From assembly GCA_051362555.1 (NCBI GenBank), contig CM120647.1, forward strand, positions 13,678,651 to 13,742,650: a stretch of 64,000 nt of DNA, written 5' to 3'. Made by a program: the position numbers and the translations under genes. The notes beneath the pieces were generated by a model. It saw only the letters and a list, made by a program, of their open reading frames with translations. It was not told the origin of the DNA and made no database searches. Positions 24,878 to 38,316 of the stretch are shown here, in pieces. Numbering within the stretch: position 1 is the stretch's first letter; each line of letters begins with the position of its first letter. Origin of the DNA: Lingula anatina (lineage: Eukaryota > Animalia > Brachiopoda).

Positions 24878-26523
24878 TATATACATGTCATATTTAGGTG
24901 TTCTGTATAAATAATCACGTACGTTGAATGTTTATAACACATTAAACCGTTATATCAGGTTTCTTATATTATCACTAGTAATTGAGAAATGTATTCTGCC
25001 TTCCGCTTTTGTATAAAGCAACTCACTAAGTGCACAGCCATTGCTGCAGTCCGACTGGTGCACACCTAATGCATTGCACAATATATTTACTGAAAAAAAG
25101 TGATCATACAGCTGACTCATTCAGTGTCAGGTGATGTTGTCATTTAAAGGTATTACCATTTGGGGAATATAGATATACATAATACCACAGAAATGTTATA
25201 TCTTGGATTACAAACATTGATCAGAAATAGAGTACGGAAAGAGAGTTCAATCTTACTCCAAAGAGGAGAGCTTGACTGTGACTTGACCCAGACTGAGATG
25301 TAAGTACACGTGGACAGGGTATCTCTACCCCAGATACGGTACTATATAAATGTGCATATCTATCCACACAGATTCCTTACCTACATTGAGTTATATAAGC
25401 CCTCATTTCAAGTTCAAATGTGATCGGCAGCAGATTTGATGACGGAAATAACTGAAGGATCGTACCTAACACAATTGAAAGTATCAGTTTTTTTCTCTTC
25501 GAAGTCAGTTTTCAGCAATGATGTTCTAATTTTGTATGAAGGTGTTCTATTAACTGGACGGATGTATTAATATATAAAATCAAGTATAAGGTATATGATT
25601 GCTATTCCTACAATAGTGATATTTGCATTATTTTTAAATGATATTTACAAGTTTCCCTAATTTTTAACAGCCCATTTCACATATATCGCGTTGGCCTGTG
25701 ACACACACATACACACACATATAATAGTCTGGAAAACTTTTTACACTTTACTTATTTGCTGTGCTTTGTTTTAACAGCATTTTACTTACTGATTTTTAAC
25801 TATTGCTAGAGTTATCAGGCTAAAACTTTAAATAATAGAAGTATTGTGACCCTTTCATTTGTTTAAATTTTATTATTATTATTATTATCTTAATTTCAAT
25901 ATCCTGGTCTTGATTTGAGTGAATGATTGAATGACTTTACTCTTATAATGAGATGTTCGGATAAAACATAACCGTCCTTAGACTTATTTCCAAATGGAAC
26001 CTACGGCTGCCATAATATATTAACAGTAATTCTAATGCATATTTCTTCCGATAACATTGTTTTGATTGATGTATGAAATTTTTATTGATTAAATAGTTTG
26101 ATATTATTTGATTTTTCATGAACAAATACACCTGCAGCTCTTTTGACTTCTACCCTTGCAAAATAAATACACTGTGTAAACATACCTGGTGGATTTTCAT
26201 TTATCGCTAACCGATTCGCGTCGTGTTGACAAAGAAGCAGCAAGCTGAGGTCTTGACATCAATACGCCTTCTGTGTAGTATGTCAAAATACTGCAATCTC
26301 GTCCTATGTATACCAAGGTAGTAAATAGTGCATGGCGTCGATTTTTTCTTCAAAACTGTGACAAAATGTTACCCTCTACAAGGGCCACAGGGAGCATTTT
26401 TTCACTAGACATTTACAAAATAATATTCTTGATATTCAGTAGCTGTGAACATTCCTTTGCAAAACCATAACGCCGTCACACACCAGTCTCTGGCAGAAAA
26501 TTCCAAACAGTTAGTCCCCGTTA

Positions 26524-26981
26524 CCCTCTACCAGGGCGACTGATAGATTTTTACAGATATTCACAGATGTCTCTAGCTAGATAGATGGTCATTTTGAGCT
26601 GAAGTCACCCTGTTGAGGAATCTCAAGGCTGATTACATGGCTGGTAATTGGTTGCATAACTGCTCAGGCACTGCCACTTAGCATGTCCAGTCTAAGTCTG
26701 CGTGACAGCAATCAAAACAGTTAAATGCTTTGACTTCAATCACTTGCTCTTCTGTGACAGATAAAAAAAGCCTTAGACTGGTTGCGTAACGAGCAGTTAT
26801 CACGTCGCTGTGAAGCTCAGCTCATGCAGAGCAAGTACAAAGCCTTTGGCGCGCGCGCAGAGATAATTGTTTCCACATGGGATTCCTCAACACGGTGACT
26901 TCAGCCCAAAATAACCATCTATCTAGCTGGAGACACATCTGTGAATATCTGTAAAAATCTATCAGTCGCCCTGGTAGAGGG
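26524..26981. mobile_element. Foldback MITE with ~100-bp TIRs
   Basis: ccctctaccagggcgactgatagatttttacagatattcacagatg... is nearly perfectly inverted at 26881-26981. Confidence 0.85.
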
Positions 26982-28122
26982 TTAGTCCCCGTAATGTTTT
27001 TTTTAATACTTTTAAGACTTTAGATAAAATAAATAAATAAGTAAATAACGTCAGTAACGCAAAAATTATGCGTTATATATGTATATCTGTTTTCTATCAC
27101 TGTTTAATTGATTCCTTCCCATATTGGAAAGCACTATAGTATAAAAATAAAAGTAAAAAAAATGCATCAAGTCAAAATCAAGCACAGTTTACACAAAATG
27201 TGTGCGCCACTAACTTGACTAAAATGTCCATTGTTTAGGGTTTGTCCCACACACGAGACCCATGGAAAGCTGAAACGAACCGCATCGTTTGTGAAAAGTT
27301 CGATATGCCCACTTTAGGCTCATTGTGCTCAATCCTTGCAAACCTTGTCTCAAGAGGTACCAGTAGGTTTTTGTGGATTTGACCATTTAGATTTTGGTAG
27401 TGTGAATTACTATAATATCATCATTATTTTTACCTCATATAGTTTGATTCACTGTGATATAATACTGTAGAGGCTTTGAAACGGTTATATTTATATTTTT
27501 TATATGAGACTAAATTACTTCGAAAACATTTACATTTAATGAATTCTGTTATATTCTACCAGTACATGTAATAACAGAGATACTTTAACGCGTGACATCT
27601 TTGTGTCAGTTTTGTAACGATAAGGTTTGTAGTTGTGACCCGTGGATGACAACTGTAGCTATAAATACAGCGTATATATATTTTAGACCTGGAAAGTCCC
27701 CCATTTTCAGAGCTCTCACCTGTACACATAAAAATGCACCTCGGTCACTAGAAATTTACACACTTAAGCATAAGATAGCAAATTGTGATAGCACTCTGTG
27801 AATTGTAGACCCATATTATAAAAATGCATGTAGTAAAATCATAGTTTGATTGTGTAACAGTGAATAGCGTCTACTTCTATTGGTCTCGGCTGTTTGGTGT
27901 ATTCTACTTACTTCCCGTGCGTGAAATAAAAATTCACTTACCGTATGGAAATGACACAAATAATTAGAATGTCTCTTGCCGAATGAACATAACAAAATGT
28001 TTTTGCTTACGTTCACGTTATATTTGATCAAGATGGTTTTGAATTTGTAGCGGCCTAGATATATTGTAGGTATTGTTTGCGGGGGGAAGGGAGGGCAATC
28101 AGCTAACAAAGGAAGTTTCAAG

Positions 28123-31100
28123 ATGGCATCTTCGAATCATAAGACAAAAACCTGGGAGCAAATTGAGTCTGTGATTAACAAGCATACAGAGCAAATAGTC
28201 CAAGATTTGTCTTTGAATACCACCATTGCAGCTGCCTTGATATCTGCAGGTGTTTTCGAAGCTGTTGACTTGGAGAAAGTTCTGGTTTGTATCACCAGCT
28301 GGTGACGACATATAATGAACGATTTATATACAGTACAGTCCCATCTGTAAAAAGCACAGTGGTAGTTTTTGAGTCAAAATAAATGGGAAATGTATAATTT
28401 CATATAATAGCCTTATACGCACAGCATTACTACATGTATGTCAATGTAAAAAAAGCATTGTCATGACTTTTTAATAAGTATAAAATATTGTAATTATAGG
28501 AGACCAAGCCAGGGCGAGACGGGGCTTTCTGGCTGTGCAGAAACATCCCAAGAGACTTGGACAAGGTGACAAAATTTGCACATATTCTTGGAAACCATGG
28601 ACTAGGCCATCTAGAGAAGGCACTGTTAAAAGGGTTGGAAGACATAGCAGTTCCTGTCACAGAAACAACTCCCATCCCAGGCAAGTTGATATGTTAAAAG
28701 GCAAACAATGCGTGTGCTAAATCCTACTGTATAGACTGAAAATCTGCTTTCATGCTAATTGTTATGTACAGACACAGATGTGTCTGTACATATTGCCATC
28801 ACCTTCGTCTGTCGTCGCCGTCGTCGCTGTCGTCGCTGTCGCCGTCGCCGTGCACTTTCAGCGTTAACACGATAAGTGGAAGACAGTTTTATTTTTTGGC
28901 TTTATATTTAAAGAGCTGATGAATATTCATAAAATGCAGGTCAAGTTCGAAAACCAGCATGATCGGGCCATTATTGTAGAAGTTATGCTGTTTTTTTCAC
29001 TTTTCAGCATATATGCAACACTGTTAACACATTTCAAGGAAAACTGATAGGCCTGTTGTCATGAAACTCACTGGAGTAATCAGTCTTACTAAAACCCAGG
29101 TCAAGTTTGAAAATCGGCATGATCGGGCAACTATTTTAGTAGTTATGCTGTTTTTTTTTTTCACTTTTTAGCATATATGCAACACTGTAAACACAATATA
29201 AGAAAAACAGATAAGCCAATTGTCATGAAACTCACAGGAGTGGTAAATCTTCCTAAAACCCAGGTTGAGTTCGAAAATCAGCATAATCGGGCCATCGTTT
29301 TAGAAATTATGCTGTTTTTTCACATTTCCTCAGATTCAATTCTTAGGCATGTTAACAGTCTCATTATTTAACTAATAAGCTACGTAAAAGTATTTGTTTG
29401 ACATTTCCTGCATCTTTACAACATTGTTAGTTGATTATGTAAAAATGATGGTAAACTTGTTATCGTGTATGTGTTATAGAGTTTCAAAAATGGAAATACA
29501 CTCATATCATTGCAGATTGTCAGGTTCAATCATTCACTATGTTCAGAATCTCAGAATGGAGGAAATTGGATATTTAACAATGTTCTATTGATATTTTTCC
29601 CATCACATCAATTTTCTAAGTTGATCATATAAAAATGGCACTAAACTGTTCATGTTGTTTTATGTTAAAAATTGTTAAAAATGGAAAAAAACCCATTTCA
29701 GAACAGTGCTGTCTTGTTTACATATTGGCATTTTCAAGGTGTGACTTTGAAGTTTCATGGGCCTGAAGACTTTTGGTAGTCACATTTTCTGAATATCCAT
29801 GATACTAATATTTTGTTATTAAAATTGATGGTCATTATGCTCTTAAACATATGTAATATTGCATCAAATTTGAAGAAACCCCTATTTTGGGCACTGCTCC
29901 CATGATGACCATGCGCATTTAAGGAAAACCATTCAAAGAAAATACAGGTTCTAAACTAGTAGCACTCAACCGACGGGCTCAAACTAAAAGTTGCACTCTG
30001 TCGGTATATAAGGAGACATCCTGATTGTAATAACCTGACAAATGATGGCCCAGAAACTTCGTGGACCTCATGAACACGAAATGTAGATTGTTTGTACTTT
30101 AATATATACTATGTGCATCGATCAAGGTACATGTTGTATCATTATTCATATAGTTTGATTCACTGTACTATATTACTGTAGAAGTTTTTAGATCGTTATA
30201 ATTACATTTCCTACCAGAGCAAAATCATGAAAATGAACGTGAATTTTTTTAATAAGTAGATTTTTGAAATAAGTTACAAGTAATAAGTTTTGTAATATCA
30301 TTATATATGAATTCTATAATGTAGACAATGACACCGAGATTTACCCTTTCCCTTTCCATCCACTCAGGTTTATTAACTACATTCTGTGACAGATCATTCA
30401 ATATGTTCAATGTTTAATGTTCAGTGTTCAGCTAGTCAAAATTCCACTATCAAGGGGGGGGGGGGAATCATTAATTTCAGAAATCGAAGGGGGGGGGGGT
30501 GAGGACCCCCCTGACACCCCCCTAATTCCAAAAAATGCGTTCGGTTGTAAAATACGGCTCTACACCCTCAATCGCTTTTCGGGGTTTCTATGATTATGGT
30601 ATAGACAATATTTTTTTCTAATTAAGCAGATTATATTTTTTTAAGTGAATCATTTTAGTTGCTTTGTATACATCTGGTTAATATTAATCAGCCAAGTGTT
30701 TGCCTTACAGAGTCACAAAGGCCACAACTTGATGAGAAGAGAGTCGAGAGCATGATTACTCTTGCTTTGGAAAAACAGAATGAAAAATTCAACTCCCAAA
30801 TTAGCCAAGTGATGACTGAATTTAATAGTTTAAAAGAAGACAAAATGCACCTCCAGAACACCCTCACCCAGGTGACAGCTGACTTGGTACACTTGAAGCA
30901 GGAAAACGACATACTGAAGAAGGAGATGGAAGCCGGGACCAGAGTAATCAAGGAACTTACAGAAGAAAAGAGTCAATTAATGAAAAATCTGCATGAAGAA
31001 ACAGAGAAGAGAAAACAAGTAGAAGAAGACCTGAACAAAGCGAATATGAAGACCAAAGATAAAAATCCCCAGTGTTCTTGCTCAAAGAAAAACACGGTGC

Positions 31101-31300
31101 AAGGCAAGTTGCCAGCAGGGAATGAGTTACAGTCGGCGACCAGCCTGGCCTCGAATCAAGACATTCTGAAAGCACAGGTCAGAAGTCTGGAAAGGCAAGC
31201 AATGAAATGGAAAAATAGATATGAGCAGCAACGTAAGAAAAATAGTTGTTGTTGTTGTTTTTTAAAGAAGACATACGACGAAGACAAAAAGAAACATTAA
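28123..31300 (+). CDS. CARD-like (death-fold) plus coiled-coil protein, 3 coding exons, ~310 aa
   Basis: Exons 28123-28284 (GT donor, phase 0), 28500-28680 (GCAAGT donor, phase 1) and 30711-31300; 933 nt in one frame. The N-terminal ~95 aa has a CARD-like pattern (IVQDLSL..IAAALISAGVF...RDGAFWL...FAHIL...GLGHLEKAL). Exon 3 is a heptad-rich E/K/Q/L region ending KKNSCCCCFLKKTYDEDKKKH. Confidence 0.75.
28762..29330 (+). mobile_element. Helentron-associated (HINE/Pearl-type) non-autonomous element in intron 2 of the CARD gene
   Basis: 5' palindrome atgtacagacac-agat-gtgtctgtacat, a (GTC)n microsatellite, then three ~160-bp internal tandem units (caggtcaagttcgaaaa...gatcgggc...gttatgctgttttttt). 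The 3' end is uncertain. Confidence 0.6.
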
Positions 31301-31327
31301 CTCTCTGTATCGACCCAACCAACAACC

Positions 31328-32035
<708 letters not shown>

Positions 32036-32430
32036 TATATCTGTTATGTCATATTTTTGTGAAATATATTTTATTTTGTAGTAAATTTGTTGTAAAAATA
32101 ATGGGTTATTATTTAATCAATCTTAAACAGATCAAAACAGTTTTTGATGATTTAGACATTTTTAAATGTTTTAAATATATTTTTGAATTATTTTTAAAGC
32201 ATTTTTTCAACTTCATGAAGGCAAAAAATGCAGGGAAATTACACAAATTCATTTTGGAGAAAAACTTTGGAGAAAAACTTATTACTCACACTATGCTACG
32301 TTAATCCAATGAAATCTGATGATATACGGTATCTAAACAAAAACTCATACTGGGCATCCTGTCAGACACTTTTAATTTATAAAACAGGAACGATGCTGAT
32401 TTTTTTTAATAAAACAAACAAACAAACAAA

Positions 32431-32466
<36 letters not shown>

Positions 32467-33609
32467 CATGAAGCAGAAAAAGGATAGCATAAAAAACTGG
32501 TCACTGAGAACATACCCTCCAAAAGGGCCACAGATTTTTTTTATTTATGCACCTTTCTCCTGTCACCAGCTGTCTCCAATAAGAATTATTGTTTTGAATT
32601 AATGTAATCACACTGATCTTTGGTAGAGAATAGCCACTTTAAGGGATAGTAGTACGAAGTGACTAGCTGATTTGCCTGATAAACATTCGGCCCCATCCAC
32701 AATGCATAGGTTTAGTCTATGACAGGTTTGGACCTGGGTTACTCGCAACAATCCCTCTTGATTCGTAGTGCGTTGCGTTAGATGTGCCTTGGTTGGACCG
32801 TCATTGCGTTCATTTGCCAGAATAGGGACCCTTTTGTCTAGAACAGAATGGCTTTTTTTTCTCACTTGCACTTTTCAGCAAGCGATTTCAAATATGGCAT
32901 AAGGGAAAGAAAGAGATTGGTGAGAAAGATTATGAATCGAAAACAACATGAAATCGTTGTGCTTGTTTCAGTGAATGAAGTTGCAAAAATCTCCACACTT
33001 GCTGCAACATAAGTAAGATATTACGCTCTATCCTTGATAAATGTAAAACAAATATAGCGTATATTTTATATGTACGCAAAATAACGTATTTTCAAATACC
33101 TTAAAAAAGACAAAATTTACCTCAATATTTGTCCATTAGAAAAAAAATCATATCAATATCTTCGTTATCACTCACGTATATCATTGTGAGTCAAAATTAG
33201 TGTCCAGAGATTTGGCATCTTACATGGAATAAACGTGACTTTCAGCAAGTAATTTTTCTAGGAACGCCCGTTTTCCAGATATATGTGTATCAACCATAAC
33301 CTTGTGTATGCTTTGGGTAAGTTGTCACGTTTGAGAACTGTCTTTGGAATAAAATATGGCACTCAGACTATGCTTTCGGTGTGGTTTTATAATAGAGGAT
33401 TGATAGCCAAGATGGCATCCACTGGTGGGTGAAAAGAGTATATACACTATTAGAATAGAAGGGCAAAGAAAAATGAAACAATTCGCATTTTCAGACCTTG
33501 ATGCGAAATCAGAGCTTGACTACGACGGAAAGCGAAGTTAGTCTGATGATCGAGGCAGAGATACCTGCCAACGTCCTGGTTACCGACATCATGCGGGATA
33601 AGATAACTA

Positions 33610-34253
33610 CAGCATTGGTCAAAAAGGTTGTCCCACCCCCATTTCCATGTACTTTTATTTACAAATGATCACCTCAGAGCTGTAAATTGTAAACCACCAT
33701 CTTTGAGCCCTGATATTAAACTTACTAATCAACTGTGACATGAATTGGAGTGTGCAATGCAAAGGAGAACCAACCCCATAAAAACGTGGACCAACTCCCC
33801 CAACTTGTTTAAAAAGAATGGGACAATATTCCACATAACAGAATTGTTACCCGTGTTGAAGGCTTGTCGCGCCGTCTACAGGAGATAATTGCAGTACGCG
33901 GTAGACGCACACGCTGTTAGGCACGTGATCTTTAACGAGCACACCCTAATGCTAATTGTCTGTGAATTTGGGGACATTTGATGGCGTCTTTTCAATTTTA
34001 TAGACATTTCTTTACATCTGCAGAAGTCACAGTGAAACAGTGGATTTGAGGGGGTACCTCTTATAAATTTGACTAAATGGTGTAAAATATGTATATTTTC
34101 ACGACTATTTTGTATTTTTTAAACCATTAATCATGTTAGACACGGTATCTGTAATAAAAAGCACTATTTCTAACAATTTACAGCTGTGAGGTGATCATTT
34201 GTAAATAAAAGTACATGGAAATGGGGGTGGGACAACCTTTTTGACCAATGCTG
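33610..34253 (+). mobile_element. Internally deleted non-autonomous Tc1-like element (644 bp)
   Basis: ~80-bp TIRs cagcattggtcaaaaaggttgtcccacccccatttcc... with TA on both sides. Internal transposase C-terminal remnants SPDIK and KEWDNIP...RRLQEIIAVRGRRTRC*. Confidence 0.88.
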
Positions 34254-34826
34254 TATGTCATTATGATAGTGTCTTTTGTCTTCGTAAGCCTCCTGGTCGG
34301 TGCGTACCCAGTTTCAAGCCCTCTCGCTCCACTAGTAATTTTACGCACAATCAAACGTGTAATTGGGTCTTCTTCCCCTTCAGAATATGACAAACAAAAA
34401 TCCCTTACTTGCAATAAGTCGTATTTATTTCAAAGTTGAAAGAGATTCCTGAATACATAATAAATATTAGCACTGGCCACTTGGTTTATGAAAGAGGTTA
34501 AATTGCAGAATGGGCAAGGTATTGAAACAAAAATATTAAAATATACCTTCTTGGTACAGAATAAAATACATTACGAGTGAAATTGCTTACTGTAGCATAC
34601 TTTGTGTTTTGAACATGTCGATATTTTATTAATCGTTTATATTATTAGTTTGCAACAAAAGTGTCCACTCGTGTATCACTCATATTTCCATGGTATAAAA
34701 TGGCATTCATATCTAATGAAGAAAACACTACCATAAAAACCGACTTTGCAAAATCTTTGTGTTATGATCTCATTGTGGCGTAGGAGGATATAAAACAATG
34801 CAACTGACTTCGAGGCTCACTGCCGA

Positions 34827-36356
34827 TTATTTCCTGGTTACCTGCTCTCGAAGGTGACAGGCTGAAACGGAATTCGAACTGTCATTTTAAGATGAACGCA
34901 TGTTTGATTGCTGTATAAACGAAATGCGCATAGGTTTAACATCATGTAACGCACAAAACCTATTGTAATGTCGGAGAGGCAATGGGCCCTCAGTTAAATA
35001 TTTGTAAACAATATATGTGTCACATGTAATTACTTCCTACCAAAAGACTTATATAACTTTCAGTTCAAATACAATCTTATAGACTTGAGTCCGTAACATT
35101 TCAAGAAAAACATCGCACGTCATAACAATAGAAAAAGAAAGAAAGAAAGAAAAAAGTAAGAAAGTAAGTAAATAGCAAAGAACGACAACCGCAAGGTCTG
35201 GGTTTAATGCTACTGGTAGCTGTTGCAGCAACGCAAGTCAAGTGGAAATAGTAAAAGATAATGAAAAATTAAAAAAAAAAACAATGAATAGATTGCTTTA
35301 TGTATTTTAAAGCATTTTATATTCAAAGGACTAAACCTGATGCCCAAGACTCAAATTAGTTAAGCAATTTTTGAGAGCTTTTTGATATTACCCATGGTCA
35401 TGGTCACTCCTAGTGGGCTTTACTGCTGATAACGTAACACTACGGCGGGAAAATTAATATGTCTAAAGTCAAAACTATTTACCTAACTCGTGTGCAGTGA
35501 AACGGAACCCTTCAAACGTTTTACACAGTCTCTGGGCAATGGTCTTCATTCCGGAGTATACGTACATCGGCTCCAGTCCAACACGGCGGCTCCAAAGCTG
35601 AACTAAATCTCTCTGACATCGCCCTTGCCTGTCCTCACCATAGCAAATGAGTACAAGTAAATAGTTGGTGTAGTCCGTGTCGATGATCTTGAAATGGTTG
35701 TTGCCTGCGAAGGAACGAGAAACAGGTATGAAGTCCGAAATACGGCTTAGGGAAATCTCGAAAATATATATCGATCCACTAAAAAGAGTTTCACCATTTA
35801 AGAGGTTATTTAGTGTAATCTTCCTTTTTGCTCGTCATTTCAAATTTATGGAAAGCCTTTAGAAAGATGGTATTTAAATCTGTTGGTTCTGACAAGCTTT
35901 TCTTATGTTGTGATCGTAGGCAACATCGGAATGCTTATCGCATTTATTTTGGGATGGCTTGCTTTCGGAAGGCCCCAATACCAATATCGCAAAGTTACCT
36001 GTCACAGTTAAGTAGTCTTAGGATTCATTCCTAATTAAACTCGTTCTACGTTAGTCATCTAGATACAACGCAGATCAATAAGTAGATACAACTCCGATGG
36101 AACTCTTGCTAAATACAATTAGATTGTCAGATAAAGCCGTCTGCCCCTGACGTTAAGTAGAATACAACAAAAGCTGGTGTTTATACGAGTACGTTGGAAA
36201 CAACAGAAGGTGTGTGAAGCTGTTTATCTGAATGCATTCAGCTTGAGTCCATGCTGAGTTCGATCTACGTAGAATAATAATTTTATTGGAAATGAGCCCT
36301 TAGTTAATCACATTAACTACGTGTAATTAACTCATCTTAAAAACACGGCTTTTGTA

Positions 36357-36399
<43 letters not shown>

Positions 36400-38316
36400 A
36401 AAAAAGAATAACTCACTCTCTGATGGCCCAATGGAGAATTCCCCTGGATTCCCTGTAGGAACTAGGCTTGAAAACTCACTGATGTCTATGCACTCTTGTC
36501 CGTCTTTCCTATGATAAATGTAAGACCTACCTGTACATGTATTACAACAGGGAGATTCTATGCCTTACATTCAATACGAGGTTTTTCTTTTTTAATTGCT
36601 CCGACCATCACCATTCTTCATCTCACGACAGTGGCAGAAAACAAGACATGCTGCTGTCCTTATTATTGTATACTAACAGTGGGGACACCTCACCCCGCTA
36701 TGCAAAAAATATGCTGTAAAACAGTGTATAGTACATTTGTTTCGCCTTAAGCTGTAGTAAGTGCTGTATTGTGATATTTTACTGAATTACTGTATGTACG
36801 ACAGTGCTTTGACAGGAAAGGACAAAAATATGCTGTAAAACAGTGTATAGTACATTTGTTTCGCCTTAAGCTGTAGTAAGTGCTGTATTGTGATATTTTA
36901 CTGAATTACTGTATGTACGACAGTGCTTTGACAGGAAAGGACAAAAATATGCTGTAAAACAGTGTATAGTACATTTGTTTCGCCTTAAGCTGTAGTAAGT
37001 GCTGTATTGTGATATTTTACTGAATTACTGTACGTACGGCAGTGCTTTGACAGGAAAGGACAACGTCCCATTTTTGCCGGCGGTAACGTAGGCGGTGTAT
37101 TCCGATAAAACACGGGAATCCGGCAACATCGGATTCCGTCGCCACAGGAATTCATACCAGATACCTGTAAGCTAGAAATAAAATACAAACGCTGAAAGGC
37201 CCGTCCCTTCGCCTATTCCTATTATTTGCAAACAAATAAAAAAAAAAATAGAAAAAATGACAATAGCTCTCTTGTCAAAAACTTGAAAGTAAATATCTTA
37301 CTCACGAGAGGAAAAGATGGCACATGGCAACATCTCACGTGAGTAAATATAGTTTGAGATTTTTATCTAACCTCAAAAATGAATGAATAAATAAATATAA
37401 TTAAAAAGCGGAGCACAATATACCTGACATATGTTTGACAAATATCAAGGGTGATTTACGGTCATTACTCAATCTTTTCATTGGGCAAAGTTGTGAAGGT
37501 ACTGTATTTTTTTTTTAATTGAAACATTGTTTTTGAGCGGTAGCAACAAAATAAAAAAAAAACAGGCTACTCCATAGTTTTACTTTATACGGTAAAAGCA
37601 GCACAAATGCTAAATAGCAATTTTATTTTTGTAATTATAAAAATTAAATCATTTTTGCCCATTGAAAAGGTCAAGTAATTACCGTATGGCTGCACATTTG
37701 AAATCCAGTGGTGCATGTTTAAGATATTATTAGCATATGTATACTTTTGACCTTTGTACATACAATGAATGCTTTATAAACATTATAGATGATGCTAATC
37801 TTAGATTTAGATCTTGAAACTGATGGCGGGATAAACACTAAAAAAATCTTACTCCTTTTCGGTTAAAGTCTCTTGTGCTGGGTAACGATTTAACAATTTA
37901 AGCCCGTTACAAAGCGAACGTATGTACCGACAGCTTGTATCTACTTAAACATAATACAATAACTGGCAAATGATACAGACTTAAAATGTTTTCCTTGTAA
38001 TTGCGACACAAAGAAATTTCAGCTATAAAGTTGACCCATGAACAGACGCACACTGTGCAGTTTCAACCTAAACAGTCACAGATGATGCCGTTGTATAACT
38101 ATATACGCCCCTGAATATAAACAGAGAGGCACTTACCCTAGTTACATCCAACTTCCGGAATAAGGATGTTCTAGGTCTCAAATACCACCGTCCTGTGGGC
38201 CTATAATGTTCATTAATCAAGGGAGTTGTATCTGGAATACATATTCTAGGATATCCCGATCCCCCTACGACAGCAACTATCAGCGCAAAGAAAATGGCGA
38301 GTGCCATGACAGCCAT
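34827..38316 (-). CDS. Secreted lipocalin (RBP4/purpurin-like), copy 1, 5 exons, 220 aa
   Basis: Exons 38316-38137, 37171-37038, 36508-36417, 35704-35483, 34861-34827; phases 0,2,1,1. Hydrophobic signal peptide; SCR1 LDVTRLTGIWYE, SCR2 IIDTDYTNY, SCR3 LWSRR; six Cys. Confidence 0.9.
36704..37062. repeat. 119-bp tandem triplication spanning the exon 2 end and donor site of lipocalin copy 1
   Basis: Near-identical units at a period of 119 (acagtgtatag at 36721, 36840, 36959). Confidence 0.92.

Noticed and set aside
19810-30200. Shared segments 19810-19960/29725-29880 and 27415-27490/30137-30200 as regulatory links between the TRP and CARD genes
   Set aside because: More simply explained as fragments of dispersed repeats; no supporting evidence of function.
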